From an uncultured bacterium (GTDB lineage: Bacteria > Methylomirabilota > Methylomirabilia > Rokubacteriales > CSP1-6): 45,916 nt of DNA. A program made the position numbers and the translations under genes. Positions 18,608-30,723 of the stretch are shown piece by piece. Under the pieces are notes generated by a model, which had not been told where the DNA came from, searched no databases, and was given only the letters and a program-made list of their open reading frames with translations. Numbering within the stretch: position 1 is the first letter of the stretch; each line of letters begins with the position of its first letter. The stretch covers positions 3,457 through 49,372 of the forward strand of contig CAYRZF010000005.1 of the NCBI GenBank assembly GCA_964428805.1. The letters run 5' to 3'.

Positions 18608-18961
18608 TCAGCGTTCCACCGAGAGGAGCGGCGCGTCACCCCAGAGACGCTCCAGCGCATAGAACTGCCGGGTCTCGTCCAGAAACACATGCATGACGAC
18701 ATCGCTGTAATCCAGCAACAACCACCCGCTCTCCGACGTTCCCTCGCTGTGGCGCGGTCGAATCCCCTCAACCTTCAGAGCATGCCGCACCGCTTCGACG
18801 ATGGTTTCGATCTGAGTAGTGGACGCCCCGCTGCAGATCAGGAAGAAATCGGCGACCCCCGAGATTCCCTGAAGGTCCAGCACGCGGAGATCCGCAGCCT
18901 TTTTCTCCAGGGCCGCCAGGGCGCCAAGCCGGACTTTTTCCGTCGCAGTTGGTCCAGGCAT
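18608..18961 (-). CDS. rsfS: ribosome silencing factor RsfS
   Basis: GVADFFLICSGASTTQ and WLLLDYSDVVMHVF motifs. ATG 18961 shares 1 nt with the nadD stop. Confidence 0.88.
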   Translation of the reverse strand: MPGPTATEKVRLGALAALEKKAADLRVLDLQGISGVADFFLICSGASTTQIETIVEAVRHALKVEGIRPRHSEGTSESGWLLLDYSDVVMHVFLDETRQFYALERLWGDAPLLSVER

Positions 18962-19632
18962 CAACCCTCCTCCCGGTAGAGGCGGTGCTCCAGGATGTAG
19001 GCGCGCACCGCCTCGGGCACCCGATAGGCAAGGGAGCGCCCTTCGCGGGTGCGTCGTCTGAGCTCAGAGGATGAGATCGGCAGCGAGGTCGCCGCCACGA
19101 GAAGGGGTCCGGGGCCCCCCCTCTCGGGTTGGGACAGACGCGACGGGCCGACCCGGATCCAGCCCTCCAGACCAGTCTCCGTCAGCACCTTCTGAGCCTG
19201 GACCCCGTCCGGATCGAAGGCGACGCCGGCGCGGGGCACCACGACCAGGCGCGCGAGCCGTGCGATCCGCTGCGGATCCCGCCAGGAGAGCAGATCCAGA
19301 AAGGTCTCGGAACCGATGAGGAGATAGAGCGCCGCCTCCGGCCCCGACGCCCTCCGCAGCGCCTCGAGGGTGTCCACCGTGTAGGAAGGCCCGGGGCGAT
19401 GAAGCTCCAGATCCGAGATGGCGAAGCGCGGGTGGCCGCGAATGGCAAGCTCCGTCATGGCGTATCGGTCCCGGGCGGGGGCAAGCCCCCGAGCAGGCTT
19501 GTGAGGCGGCGCGGACGCGGGAACGAAAAGGATCTGCTCCAGCCGCAGGAGCTCCAGAATCTCGTCGGCCAGAAGCAGGTGGCCCAGGTGGATGGGGTTA
19601 AAGGACCCCCCAAAGACCCCGACGCCTGGCAA
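18961..19632 (-). CDS. nadD: nicotinate-nucleotide adenylyltransferase
   Basis: GVFGGSFNPIHLGH nucleotidyltransferase motif and a C-terminal ISSSELR motif. Apparent TTG start. Confidence 0.88.
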   Translation of the reverse strand: MPGVGVFGGSFNPIHLGHLLLADEILELLRLEQILFVPASAPPHKPARGLAPARDRYAMTELAIRGHPRFAISDLELHRPGPSYTVDTLEALRRASGPEAALYLLIGSETFLDLLSWRDPQRIARLARLVVVPRAGVAFDPDGVQAQKVLTETGLEGWIRVGPSRLSQPERGGPGPLLVAATSLPISSSELRRRTREGRSLAYRVPEAVRAYILEHRLYREEG

Positions 19633-19639
19633 CGCCTGG

Positions 19640-20896
19640 CTACTCCCGCACCTGCCCGTCGCCGAGTACGACGAACTTCGTGGTCGTCAGTTCCTCCAGC
19701 CCGACGGGGCCGCGCGCGTGGAGCTTGGAGGTGGAAATGCCCATCTCAGCGCCCATGCCGAACTGGCCGCCGTCCACGAGCCGGGTTGAGGCATTCACGA
19801 GTACGCACGCCGCGTCCACCTCTCGCGTGAAGCGGCGCGCGCGCCGGTAGTGCGCGGTCACGATCGCCTCGGCGAGACCGGACCCATGGGCGCGGATATG
19901 GGAGACGGCGTCGTCGAGGCTATCCACCACCTTCACCGAGAGGATCAGGTCCAGATACTCGGTATCCCAATCCGAGTCGGTCGCCAGCCGGGCCTCGGGG
20001 ATGAGGGCGCGCGTCCGCGGACACCCCCGGATCTCGACGCCCGCTTCGAAGAGGCGGGGGGCCAGCGCGGGGAGAAAGCGGGCCGCGACAGCCCGATGGA
20101 CGAGCAGGGTCTCCATGGCATTGCAGACGCTCGGCCGGTGGACCTTGGCGTTCAAGGCAATATCGACGGCCATCGCGAGGTCGGCGTCCTCGTCCACAAA
20201 GACGTGGCAGAGCCCTTTGTCGTGCTTGAGGATCGGCACCGTGGACCGCTCGCTCACCAGCCGAACAAACTCCTCGCCTCCCCGCGGGATAATGAGATCC
20301 ACGTACCGGTCCAGGCTCAGGAGCGCGAGCACGGCGCCGCGGTCCGGAGTGTCGATGAACTGGAGGGCCTCCGGTGGGACCCCGGCCTTCTCCACCGACT
20401 TGGCGAGGACGGTGGCGATCATCGAATTCGATTCCAGCGCCTCGCTCCCACCTCGGAGGATCAAAGCATTACCCGCCTTGAGGCAGAGCCCGGCGGCGTC
20501 CGCAGTCACGTTGGGACGCGACTCGTAGATGAACCCGATCACGCCGAGAGGGACGCGCACTCGCGCGATCTCAAGGCCATTGGGGCGACGCCAGACCTCG
20601 ACGGTCTTCCCGACCGGATCAGGTAGTCCCGCCACCTGACGGAGCCCGGAGGCCATCTCTTCAATGCGACCCTCCGTCAGCGTCAGCCGGTCGAAGAAGG
20701 CGCGCGGATAGCCCCGGCTCCGGGCGCGCTCCAGGTCTGCCCGATTGGCCTCCAGGATCATGGCCGCCTTCTCCTCGAGGCCGCGCGCCATCTGGGAGAG
20801 GGCGTCGTTCCTGACCTTGGTCGAGGAGAGGGCCAGCGCACGGGAGGCGTCTTTGGCGGCTCGCGCCTTGGCTTCGACCAGCTCCCGAATGTCCAT
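19640..20896 (-). CDS. proA: gamma-glutamyl phosphate reductase
   Basis: Aldehyde-dehydrogenase-fold ProA (NALILRGGSEA, CNAMETLLVH). Start set at ATG 20896, preceded by GGGGAGGGG. Confidence 0.93.
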   Translation of the reverse strand: MDIRELVEAKARAAKDASRALALSSTKVRNDALSQMARGLEEKAAMILEANRADLERARSRGYPRAFFDRLTLTEGRIEEMASGLRQVAGLPDPVGKTVEVWRRPNGLEIARVRVPLGVIGFIYESRPNVTADAAGLCLKAGNALILRGGSEALESNSMIATVLAKSVEKAGVPPEALQFIDTPDRGAVLALLSLDRYVDLIIPRGGEEFVRLVSERSTVPILKHDKGLCHVFVDEDADLAMAVDIALNAKVHRPSVCNAMETLLVHRAVAARFLPALAPRLFEAGVEIRGCPRTRALIPEARLATDSDWDTEYLDLILSVKVVDSLDDAVSHIRAHGSGLAEAIVTAHYRRARRFTREVDAACVLVNASTRLVDGGQFGMGAEMGISTSKLHARGPVGLEELTTTKFVVLGDGQVRE

Positions 20897-20911
20897 GCTC
20901 ACCCCTCCCCG

Positions 20912-23347
<2,436 letters not shown>

Positions 23348-23351
23348 GCTT

Positions 23352-23660
23352 CTACACCTCGATTTTTGTAATGCGCACCGACGTGAAGGGCTGGCGATGC
23401 CCCGTCTTCCGCCGGTAGTTCTTCCGTCGCTTGAACTTCACCACGGTCACCTTGGCGCCCCTGCCCTGCCCCAGTATCTCCCCGACCACCTTCGCGTTGG
23501 CCAGGGCCTTCGCCCCGACAGTGAGCTGCCCGTCGCGGCTGGCCATGAGGACCGTGCGGAACTCTACGGGGCCCTCGCTGTTGGGTAGCCGCTCGACCCG
23601 GATCACGCAACCCGGGGAAACCCGGTACTGCTTGCCACCAACCGCAATCACCGCTTCCAT
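23352..23660 (-). CDS. rplU: 50S ribosomal protein L21
   Basis: 102 aa with GGKQYRV and [15 protein letters not shown] motifs. Immediately upstream of rpmA. Confidence 0.95.
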   Translation of the reverse strand: MEAVIAVGGKQYRVSPGCVIRVERLPNSEGPVEFRTVLMASRDGQLTVGAKALANAKVVGEILGQGRGAKVTVVKFKRRKNYRRKTGHRQPFTSVRITKIEV

Positions 23661-23704
23661 GGATGAGAGCCCCTCGGAACCAACGTTCGCCGCGCTAGAC
23701 GATC

Positions 23705-23734
23705 ATTTGACCACGGATTGGCGAAAAAAGTCAA
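23705..23734 (-). promoter_or_regulatory. candidate sigma-70 promoter for rplU-rpmA-obg
   Basis: On the minus strand: TTGACT (23734..23729), 18-nt spacer, TCAAAT (23710..23705), about 45 nt upstream of the rplU ATG. Confidence 0.35.
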
Positions 23735-23769
23735 GACTGAGGGGCGATTAGCTGTGGCGAACCGTTAGC

Positions 23770-24420
23770 TCACGCGACGGCCAAGTACCGCGCCAGCCGT
23801 TGACGAAGGAAAAGCCGCGAGCGGTGAACCCGCGACTTCACCGCGGGCAAACTGATGCCGAGCGACCGCGCAATCTCCCGGTTGGGAATGCCCTCCACGT
23901 CGTGGAGGAGGAACGCCGTCCGGTAATCGGGGGGCAGGGCATCAACGGCTGCGCCCAGGACGCCGCGGAGCTCGGTGTTGAGGACCGGCTCCTCCACCTT
24001 GCCGGACCAATCCTCGACCGGCTCGACGTGCTGGCCCGTTTCGGTAAACTGGGGAAGCAGCGCGTCCCAGGAGATTTCCGCGTGATCCCGGCCGCGCCGT
24101 CCCCGGAGCTTCTGGTACGCGGCGTTGGCGGTGATCCGGTAGAGCCAGCTCCCAAAGGCCGACTCGCCTTTGAACGTCCCGATCTTCCGCGCCGCCGTCC
24201 AGAGCGCGTCCTGCGCGACCTCCTCAGCGTCCTCCCGATTCCCGGTGATCCGAAAGGCCAGCCGGTACACCCGCTCGCCGTACTGGCTCACGAGCGATTC
24301 AGCGGCGCCGCGCTCCTGGCCTCTGAGCTGCCGCACCAAGGCCTCATCGCGGTCGCGCTTGCTCTCTTCCCGCGTAACACCCCGTGGCATCGGTCGATCC
24401 TCCAGCGCCAGCAGGCTCAT
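23770..24420 (-). CDS. ECF-type sigma-70 family RNA polymerase sigma factor
   Basis: Region 2 (VYRLAFRITGNREDAEEVAQDALW, FGSWLYRITANAA) and region 4 (DYRTAFLLHDVEGIPNREIARSLGISLPAVKSRVHRSR). Start set at ATG 24420, an ATGA overlap with the TetR stop. Confidence 0.88.
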   Translation of the reverse strand: MSLLALEDRPMPRGVTREESKRDRDEALVRQLRGQERGAAESLVSQYGERVYRLAFRITGNREDAEEVAQDALWTAARKIGTFKGESAFGSWLYRITANAAYQKLRGRRGRDHAEISWDALLPQFTETGQHVEPVEDWSGKVEEPVLNTELRGVLGAAVDALPPDYRTAFLLHDVEGIPNREIARSLGISLPAVKSRVHRSRLFLRQRLARYLAVA

Positions 24421-25037
24421 GGCCGCTGCCTCGTCGCGTAGAGCGAGAGGTGGGCCTTGAGCTCGCGCGCGCACGTTTCCATGATCTCGATGTCCTTCGT
24501 CAGCTTCGTCATCAAGATCGCCCCCTGGAGCGCCGCGACGAGGAAATGCGCGAGGTTCGCTGGATCACAGGCCGGCGCCAAGCTACCCACGACCTGGGCC
24601 TGCCGGAGCGCGTCCGTCACCCGCTCGCGCCACACAGTGAAGATTTCGGCCAGGCGCAAACGAAACCCCTCGTGCACGTCCGACAACTCGGAGGCCAGGT
24701 TCCCCATGGGGCACCCGCCCACACAGTTCCGCTGCCGCTGGATCTCAAGGACGCGATCGAAGAAACAGCGGATCCGGTCCAGGGGCTCGACGCCGCGATC
24801 CGAAAAGCACGGCTCGAGCGTCCGCTCGACGAACCCCTGGAGGATCCGGTCCAGAATTGCGTAACCGAGTTCCTCCTTGTTCCTGAAGTAGTAGTAGAAG
24901 TTGCCCTTGCCGACCCCGCTCTCCCGGAGCAGGTCGTCGAGCGAGGTGGAGTGATACCCCCGGAGCGCCATGAGTCGGCTGGCCGCGTCCAGGATGTGAT
25001 CCCGCGTGGGTTTCTCGGTCTTAGCTGTTGGCGACAT
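24417..25037 (-). CDS. TetR/AcrR-family transcriptional regulator
   Basis: N-terminal HTH (ILDAASRLMALRGYHSTSLDDLLRESGVGKGNFYYYFRNKEEL). Start set at ATG 25037. The track start at 25049 is TTG. Confidence 0.9.
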   Translation of the reverse strand: MSPTAKTEKPTRDHILDAASRLMALRGYHSTSLDDLLRESGVGKGNFYYYFRNKEELGYAILDRILQGFVERTLEPCFSDRGVEPLDRIRCFFDRVLEIQRQRNCVGGCPMGNLASELSDVHEGFRLRLAEIFTVWRERVTDALRQAQVVGSLAPACDPANLAHFLVAALQGAILMTKLTKDIEIMETCARELKAHLSLYATRQRP

Positions 25038-25042
25038 GCTCT

Positions 25043-25060
25043 GTACCAACCGGTCGGTAC
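25043..25060. promoter_or_regulatory. 18-bp near-palindrome, candidate TetR operator
   Basis: GTACCAACCGGTCGGTAC is an inverted repeat with one mismatched pair. It lies between the predicted -10 box and the tetR start codon. Confidence 0.5.
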
Positions 25061-25062
25061 AT

Positions 25063-25091
25063 AACTTAGCCGTTTAGACGCAAGATGTCAA
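25063..25091 (-). promoter_or_regulatory. candidate sigma-70 promoter for the tetR-ECF sigma operon
   Basis: On the minus strand: consensus TTGACA (25091..25086), 17-nt spacer, TAAGTT (25068..25063). The palindrome starts 2 nt downstream. Confidence 0.5.
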
Positions 25092-25145
25092 TCAAGGGGT
25101 GCTGCGCTGAGGGTGTGGCTGGAAAGGTTATATTATTTCAAGTGC

Positions 25146-26555
25146 TTAGAAAATGCCGTTTGCCACCCGGATCGCCAGCTCGACCAGCGGTTTCGGGTAC
25201 ACGCCGAGCCCGACCACGCCGAGGGTGCAGAGAAGAATGGCCAACGCGAGCGGAGGGGAGACGGGAATCCGGCCGACCCGCTGAGGGGCATCAATATACA
25301 TGCGCTTGGCCAGGATCAGGTAGTAGAAGAGCGCCACCACGGTCAGCACCGCTCCCACCAGCACGAGCCAGTAGAGCCCCGCCTGGGCGGCGGCCCAGAA
25401 GACATAAAGCTTGGCCCAGAACCCCGCCACAAAGGGAATTCCGCCCAGCGAGAGCAGGCAGAGCAGCATGGCCAGGGCGAGGAGCGGCGAGCGTTGGGCC
25501 AGGCCCCGGAGGGCGTCCAGGTGCACCGAGCCCTCGGCCTGGGCGACGCTCTCAACAACCAGAAACGCGCCCATGTTCCCGAAGACGTAGGCGACGAGGT
25601 AGAAGAGGATCATCGCGGTTCCCGAAGCCGACACCGCGGCAAAGCCGACGAGCATGTAGCCAATGTGGGCGATCCCCGAGTACGCGAGCAATCGCTTGGC
25701 GTTCTGCTGGGGCAGCGCCATCAGGTTCCCCGCCGTCATCGTGATGGCCGCGAGCCCGGCCGCGATCGGGATCCACAGCCCCACTCTGTCGCCGGCGCCC
25801 TCCAAGTAGACGCGGAAAATAACTACAAACCCCGCGGCCTTCGGGGCCACCGACAGCCAGGCCACAAAGGGTGTGCTCGCGGCCTCGTAGGTGTCCGGCA
25901 CCCACATGTGAAACGGAAAGGCCGCGATCTTGAATCCGAGCCCTGCGAGCACCAGCAGCAATCCCAGGACCAGGAGGGAATCCCCCGACGCGAGGGCTCG
26001 CGCGACGCCGGCCAGCGCTGTGGTCCCGGTGGCACCATAGACGAAGGACAGCCCATAAGCCAGGATGGCCGAAGACACAGTCCCCACCAGGAAGAACTTC
26101 AGGGCGGCCTCGACGGCCTCGGCCTCGCGCTTGAGGAAGCCAGAAAGCACGTAGAGCGGAATGGACATCAGCTCAAAAGCCACAAACAGTAGGATCAACT
26201 CGCGCGCCGAGACCAGGACCAGCATTCCAAGCAGGGAGGCCAGGAGCAGGAGGTAGTACTCGGGCGCCCGGCGCCGGAACGCGGGATCGGGGAGCGAGAG
26301 CGACCCTAGAATCCCGATGAAGGTGGCAAGGAGGAAGAGTTGCTTGGCGAAGATGGCGAGCCCGTCGAGAACGAAGGCGCCACGCACGAGGGCGGTGGAA
26401 GGCTCGAGGAAAAGCGACGCGACGGCCAGCACCAGCACTCCAACGGCGGAGATCACGCCGGCAATCCGACGATCCTCACCGCGAGAGAGGATGCCAACCG
26501 CGAAGACTGCCAGCATGAGAAGGGCCAGCCCGATCTCCAGCGCCAGCGCGCTCAC
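25146..26555 (-). CDS. nuoN: NADH-quinone oxidoreductase subunit N (second operon)
   Basis: ND2-type antiporter-like subunit (HMWVPDTYEAASTPFVAWLS, LSLGGIPFVAGFWAK). Start set at GTG 26555, a GTGA overlap with the nuoM stop. Confidence 0.9.
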   Translation of the reverse strand: MSALALEIGLALLMLAVFAVGILSRGEDRRIAGVISAVGVLVLAVASLFLEPSTALVRGAFVLDGLAIFAKQLFLLATFIGILGSLSLPDPAFRRRAPEYYLLLLASLLGMLVLVSARELILLFVAFELMSIPLYVLSGFLKREAEAVEAALKFFLVGTVSSAILAYGLSFVYGATGTTALAGVARALASGDSLLVLGLLLVLAGLGFKIAAFPFHMWVPDTYEAASTPFVAWLSVAPKAAGFVVIFRVYLEGAGDRVGLWIPIAAGLAAITMTAGNLMALPQQNAKRLLAYSGIAHIGYMLVGFAAVSASGTAMILFYLVAYVFGNMGAFLVVESVAQAEGSVHLDALRGLAQRSPLLALAMLLCLLSLGGIPFVAGFWAKLYVFWAAAQAGLYWLVLVGAVLTVVALFYYLILAKRMYIDAPQRVGRIPVSPPLALAILLCTLGVVGLGVYPKPLVELAIRVANGIF

Positions 26556-28096
26556 GGGCGCATCCCCAACCGCGTCAGCAGGGGGACCGTCGCGGTGTCG
26601 ATCGGACTGATGGCGAGTGCCGGTACCATCCCGAAGAGGACGATCACGAATATGAGCAGCACCAGCGCGACCCACTCCGGCCCCCTCGCGTCCGGGAGGT
26701 CGTGGAACTCGCCATGGGCCGGTACCTCGCCCCAAAAGATCTGCTTCACCACCCGAAGGACGTAGACGGCCGTGAGGAAGGTGCCGCCCACGGCCGGGAA
26801 GAGCCACCAGGCGTGAGCCGATCGCCAGGTGCCCAGGAAGGTGAGGAACTCCGCCACGAACCCCGCCGTCGCGGGCAGCCCCAGCGAGGAGAGCCCGCCG
26901 ACCGTGAACGCCGTGGCGATGCCGGGCATCATCCGGCCGAATCCGCCCATCTTGAAGATCTCCCGGGAGTGCGCCTTCTCGTAGACCAGGCCGACGAGGG
27001 CGAAGAAGAGCCCTGTCATGATCCCGTGGGCGAACATCTGGAAGACCGAGCCGTTCAGGCCCGCCTCTGTCAGGGTGGCTGCCCCGAGCAGCACGATGCC
27101 CATGTGGGAGACAGAGGAGTAGGCGATGACGTATTTCAAATCGGTCTGGGCCATCGCGGAGAAGGCGCCGTACACGATGTTAATCGTCGCGATCGTCCCC
27201 ACGAGCGTCACCCAATCGTGCGTCCCCTCCGGGAGCAGCCCCATCCCCAACCTCACGATCCCATACGCGCCCAACTTCATCAGAACGCCTGCGTGGAGCA
27301 TGGAGACGGCGGTCGGGGCCGAGGCATGGCCGTCAGGGGACCAGGTGTGCAACGGCCAGATGCCGGCCAGGATTCCGAACCCTACGTAGAAGAGCAAGAA
27401 CACCCAGCGCTGGACCACCGGGTCGAAGCCGACCCCCTCCATCTCCAGGAACGAGAACGACGACCCCCCGGCGGCCATGTAGAGGGCGAGGATGCCCACG
27501 AGGATGAAGGCGGACCCGAGGAGCAGGTAGAGGGTCAGCTTCATCGCGGCGTACTCCTTCGACCCCACCCCGGTCTCGCGCATGGCCCAGCCGAAGATGC
27601 CCCGCGGGCGGACCTGCGCCGACGAGCCCCAGATCCCGATCAGGAGGTACATGGGAAGGACGGCCAGCTCGTAGAACAGGAAAAAGACGAAGAGATCCAG
27701 CGAGACGAAGACGCCGAAAACGCCCGTGACGAGGACCAGGAGCAGCGCGTAGAATTCCTGGCTCCGAGTCTCCACAGTCCAGGAGGCAAACACGCCCGAG
27801 AAGATGATGATCGCCGTGAGCAGCACGAGGATGAGGCTCCACCCGTCCACCGCCACCTCGTACGAAATCCCGAGGGACGGCACCAGCCCGATCTTCTCGT
27901 AGAACTGAAACCCCGCGGCGTCCACGTCGTACACGAGATACACCACAACCGACAGCACGAGCGAGATACCCGTCGTGACCGCGGCGATTAGCCGCACGGC
28001 CAGCGGGTGGTGACGGGCGGTAAACATGATGAGCACCGCCCCCAGGAAGGGCGCCCAGGTGATCAGCGTCAGGATCGGAATGCCGTTCCAGCCCAT
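26552..28096 (-). CDS. nuoM: NADH-quinone oxidoreductase subunit M (second operon)
   Basis: ND4-type subunit (LHTWSPDGHASAPTAVSMLHAGVLMKLG). Start set at ATG 28096, an ATGA overlap with the nuoL stop. Confidence 0.9.
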   Translation of the reverse strand: MGWNGIPILTLITWAPFLGAVLIMFTARHHPLAVRLIAAVTTGISLVLSVVVYLVYDVDAAGFQFYEKIGLVPSLGISYEVAVDGWSLILVLLTAIIIFSGVFASWTVETRSQEFYALLLVLVTGVFGVFVSLDLFVFFLFYELAVLPMYLLIGIWGSSAQVRPRGIFGWAMRETGVGSKEYAAMKLTLYLLLGSAFILVGILALYMAAGGSSFSFLEMEGVGFDPVVQRWVFLLFYVGFGILAGIWPLHTWSPDGHASAPTAVSMLHAGVLMKLGAYGIVRLGMGLLPEGTHDWVTLVGTIATINIVYGAFSAMAQTDLKYVIAYSSVSHMGIVLLGAATLTEAGLNGSVFQMFAHGIMTGLFFALVGLVYEKAHSREIFKMGGFGRMMPGIATAFTVGGLSSLGLPATAGFVAEFLTFLGTWRSAHAWWLFPAVGGTFLTAVYVLRVVKQIFWGEVPAHGEFHDLPDARGPEWVALVLLIFVIVLFGMVPALAISPIDTATVPLLTRLGMRP

Positions 28097-29919
28097 CAGC
28101 GCCAGTAGCTCCAAACGATCACGAGGAGGACGCCAACGGCCACCCAACGGAGGTAGTCCTGGACCCGACCCGTTTGGATCCGTCGGAGGCGGTCGCCGCA
28201 CCGGAAGGTCCAGGCGCTAGCCAGGTTCACGACGCCGTCCACCAGGTAGCGATCCACCCACCCCACGACCCACGCGAGGCCGAGGAGGACGCCGCGGTAG
28301 ATGGCAGCATAGAGGTCGTCGAGCCAGAACTGGCGGAGGGCGGCGGTGTAGAGCGGCCCGACCGCCCGCGCGAGACTGGCCGCGCTGACCCCTTGCCGCT
28401 GGTACGTCACCCAGGCGAAGAGGATGCCCGTTACGGCGAGCCCCGAGGAAAGCCACGGAATCCAGTCGGGCCCGTGGAACGCCTCGCCCCCGCCCCCGAC
28501 CGCGAGCAGGATCCCCACTCCCACGGTCAGCCCCGCCAGCGCCCAGAGCGGCAGGCCCATCACGAACGGGGGGTCGTGCGGGTGCTGTCCCTCTGCGTGA
28601 CGGTCACCGAAGAAGACCACGAAGACGACGCGGAACATATAGAAGGCCGTCAAGAAAACGGTCAGCGCCAGCATCAGAAAGGGAACCGTGAGCCCCCCGT
28701 CCCACACTCCGGCGAGGACCGCATCCTTGGAGAAGAACCCGGCCAACGGCCAGATCCCCGCAAGGGCCAGCGTTCCCACGAGGAAAACGATCCCCGTCTG
28801 AGGCATCACCCCGAAGAGGCGCCCCATCTTCCAGATGTCGTTGGTGCCGACGGCGTGGATCACCGCCCCCGCTCCGAGGAAGAGGAGCGCCTTGAAGAGC
28901 CCATGGGTCAGGAGGTGGAAGAAGCCGGCGCCCGCCGCGCCAGCGCCGAGTGCCGCCATCATGTATCCCAACTGGGAGACCGTCGAGTACGCCAGGACTC
29001 GCTTGATGTCTGACTGGACCAGTCCCAGCACGGCGGCCAGGAGCGCAGTGAAGGCGCCGACCCAGCCGATCAGCGCGAGGACATCCGGGGTGAGGGCAAA
29101 GAGAGGATAGGTACGGGTGACCAGGTACACCCCGGCGGCCACCATCGTCGCCGCGTGGATGAGGGCGGAAACCGGCGTCGGCCCCTCCATCGCGTCGGGC
29201 AGCCAGACGTGAAGCGGGAACTGGGCGCTCTTGCCGACGGCGCCCAAGTAGATGAGGAACATGATGAGCGAGAGCCCTGCCGTCGGGAGGGTTTTGTCGT
29301 CGGCCATCTGGAAGAGCTGGGTGAAGCTGAAAGTCCCGGTCTGCCCCCACAAGAGGACGATGCCAATGATGAAGCCCAGGTCGCCGGCTTTTGTCGTCCA
29401 GAACGCCTTCACCGCGGCCCGGGCCGCCTCGGGCTTCTGGTACCAGAACCCGATCAGGAGGTACGAGCAGAGCCCCACGAGCTCCCAGAAGATGAACATC
29501 TGGAGGAAGTTCGAGGCGAGAACCAGGCCGATCATCGAGAAGGCGAAGAGCGAGTGGTAGGCGTAGTAGCGGCCGAGCGCGGGCGCGGTCTCATGCTCCA
29601 GGTATCCCAGCGAGTAGAGCTGGACGAGGAACGAGACCAGGGCGACGAGGACAAGCATGACCGCCGACACGTGGTCCATCAGGATCCCGACGGTGGCGAC
29701 GGGCCCACTCTCGGCGGGGAGCCAGCTCCAGGCCGCCTCCACGCTCGCTCCGGCCCACCAGAGGCGAAGGGCGGCAAGAAGAGACCCGCCGACCGCGGCG
29801 ATGGAGAGCGCCCCCGCGGCCCGGCCGGCGCGGCGGAGCGGCGTCACCACGGCGAGCAGGACGAAGGCGCAAAAGGGAAGCCCGAGGGCCACCAGGGCCA
29901 GCGTGACGGCGTCGATCAT
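28096..29919 (-). CDS. nuoL: NADH-quinone oxidoreductase subunit L (second operon)
   Basis: 607-aa ND5-type subunit (FIFWELVGLCSYLLIGFWY, HVWLPDAMEGPTPVSALIHAATMV) with a C-terminal lateral-helix region. Confidence 0.93.
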   Translation of the reverse strand: MIDAVTLALVALGLPFCAFVLLAVVTPLRRAGRAAGALSIAAVGGSLLAALRLWWAGASVEAAWSWLPAESGPVATVGILMDHVSAVMLVLVALVSFLVQLYSLGYLEHETAPALGRYYAYHSLFAFSMIGLVLASNFLQMFIFWELVGLCSYLLIGFWYQKPEAARAAVKAFWTTKAGDLGFIIGIVLLWGQTGTFSFTQLFQMADDKTLPTAGLSLIMFLIYLGAVGKSAQFPLHVWLPDAMEGPTPVSALIHAATMVAAGVYLVTRTYPLFALTPDVLALIGWVGAFTALLAAVLGLVQSDIKRVLAYSTVSQLGYMMAALGAGAAGAGFFHLLTHGLFKALLFLGAGAVIHAVGTNDIWKMGRLFGVMPQTGIVFLVGTLALAGIWPLAGFFSKDAVLAGVWDGGLTVPFLMLALTVFLTAFYMFRVVFVVFFGDRHAEGQHPHDPPFVMGLPLWALAGLTVGVGILLAVGGGGEAFHGPDWIPWLSSGLAVTGILFAWVTYQRQGVSAASLARAVGPLYTAALRQFWLDDLYAAIYRGVLLGLAWVVGWVDRYLVDGVVNLASAWTFRCGDRLRRIQTGRVQDYLRWVAVGVLLVIVWSYWR

Positions 29920-29929
29920 GAGGGTGCGA

Positions 29930-30232
29930 TTAGCCTTTCAGCAAGTCGAGGTGATCCGCTTCCACCGTGCGACGGACCCGGAAGATCAGAATGACAATGG
30001 CGAGCCCCACCGCGACCTCGGCCACGGTGATCGAAATGGTGAAAAGCGTGAAGACCAGGCCCGTCGAGTCCGCGCCGTAGCGGGCGAATGCCACCAGGTT
30101 CACGTTGACCGCGTTCAGCATCAGCTCGATGCCCAGGAGAATCCCGATGGCGTTCCGCCGGGTCAAGACGCCGAAGAGGCCGATGGTGAAGAGACAGGCC
30201 GCAAGAATCAGGTACGGCTCAAGCCCCATCAC
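29930..30232 (-). CDS. nuoK: NADH-quinone oxidoreductase subunit K (second operon)
   Basis: About 100 aa with three TM segments (ND4L type: GIELMLNAVNVNLVAF, VAEVAVGLAIV). Start is GTG 30232 or ATG 30229, overlapping the nuoJ stop. Confidence 0.9.
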   Translation of the reverse strand: MMGLEPYLILAACLFTIGLFGVLTRRNAIGILLGIELMLNAVNVNLVAFARYGADSTGLVFTLFTISITVAEVAVGLAIVILIFRVRRTVEADHLDLLKG

Positions 30233-30723
30233 TCCTCCTTCCGCGCGAAGTAGAGCGCGCCCAGGAGCGCGGCGAGGAAGAGCACGGCCAGGAGCTCGAA
30301 CGGCAGCAGGAAGCGCGTCAAGAGGTCGCGGCCGATGGTCTCTGTCAGGTCCCCCGCCAGGGGAGGAGCGGCCCGGGGGAGCTTCGCCCGGGTCACGAAG
30401 AAGAGGATAGCGATGAGGATGATCAGCGAAACCAAACCGCCGCTGATGATCCCGCGATTGGTCTGGGTCAGCCGCTCCCCCACCAGCCGTTCGGTCACCA
30501 CAATGGCGAACACCACGATGGTGATCACGCCGCCGGCATAGAGGAGGATCTGGACCGCGGCCAGGAACTCCGACTGGAGGAGGAGGAAGACCCCGGCGGT
30601 GGCGACCAGCGCCAGGGCCAGGTAGAGGACCGAGTGAAAGAGGTTCTTGGAGAGGACGACGGCGAGACTGGAGGCCAGGAGCACCAGGGCCAGCCCCCAG
30701 AACCCCGCCGCCTCGAGGCTCAC
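30229..30723 (-). CDS. nuoJ: NADH-quinone oxidoreductase subunit J (second operon)
   Basis: ND6-type membrane protein (SKNLFHSVLYLALALVATAGVFLLL, AAVQILLYAGGVITIVVFAI). Start set at GTG 30723, a GTGA overlap with the nuoI stop. Confidence 0.85.
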   Translation of the reverse strand: MSLEAAGFWGLALVLLASSLAVVLSKNLFHSVLYLALALVATAGVFLLLQSEFLAAVQILLYAGGVITIVVFAIVVTERLVGERLTQTNRGIISGGLVSLIILIAILFFVTRAKLPRAAPPLAGDLTETIGRDLLTRFLLPFELLAVLFLAALLGALYFARKEE

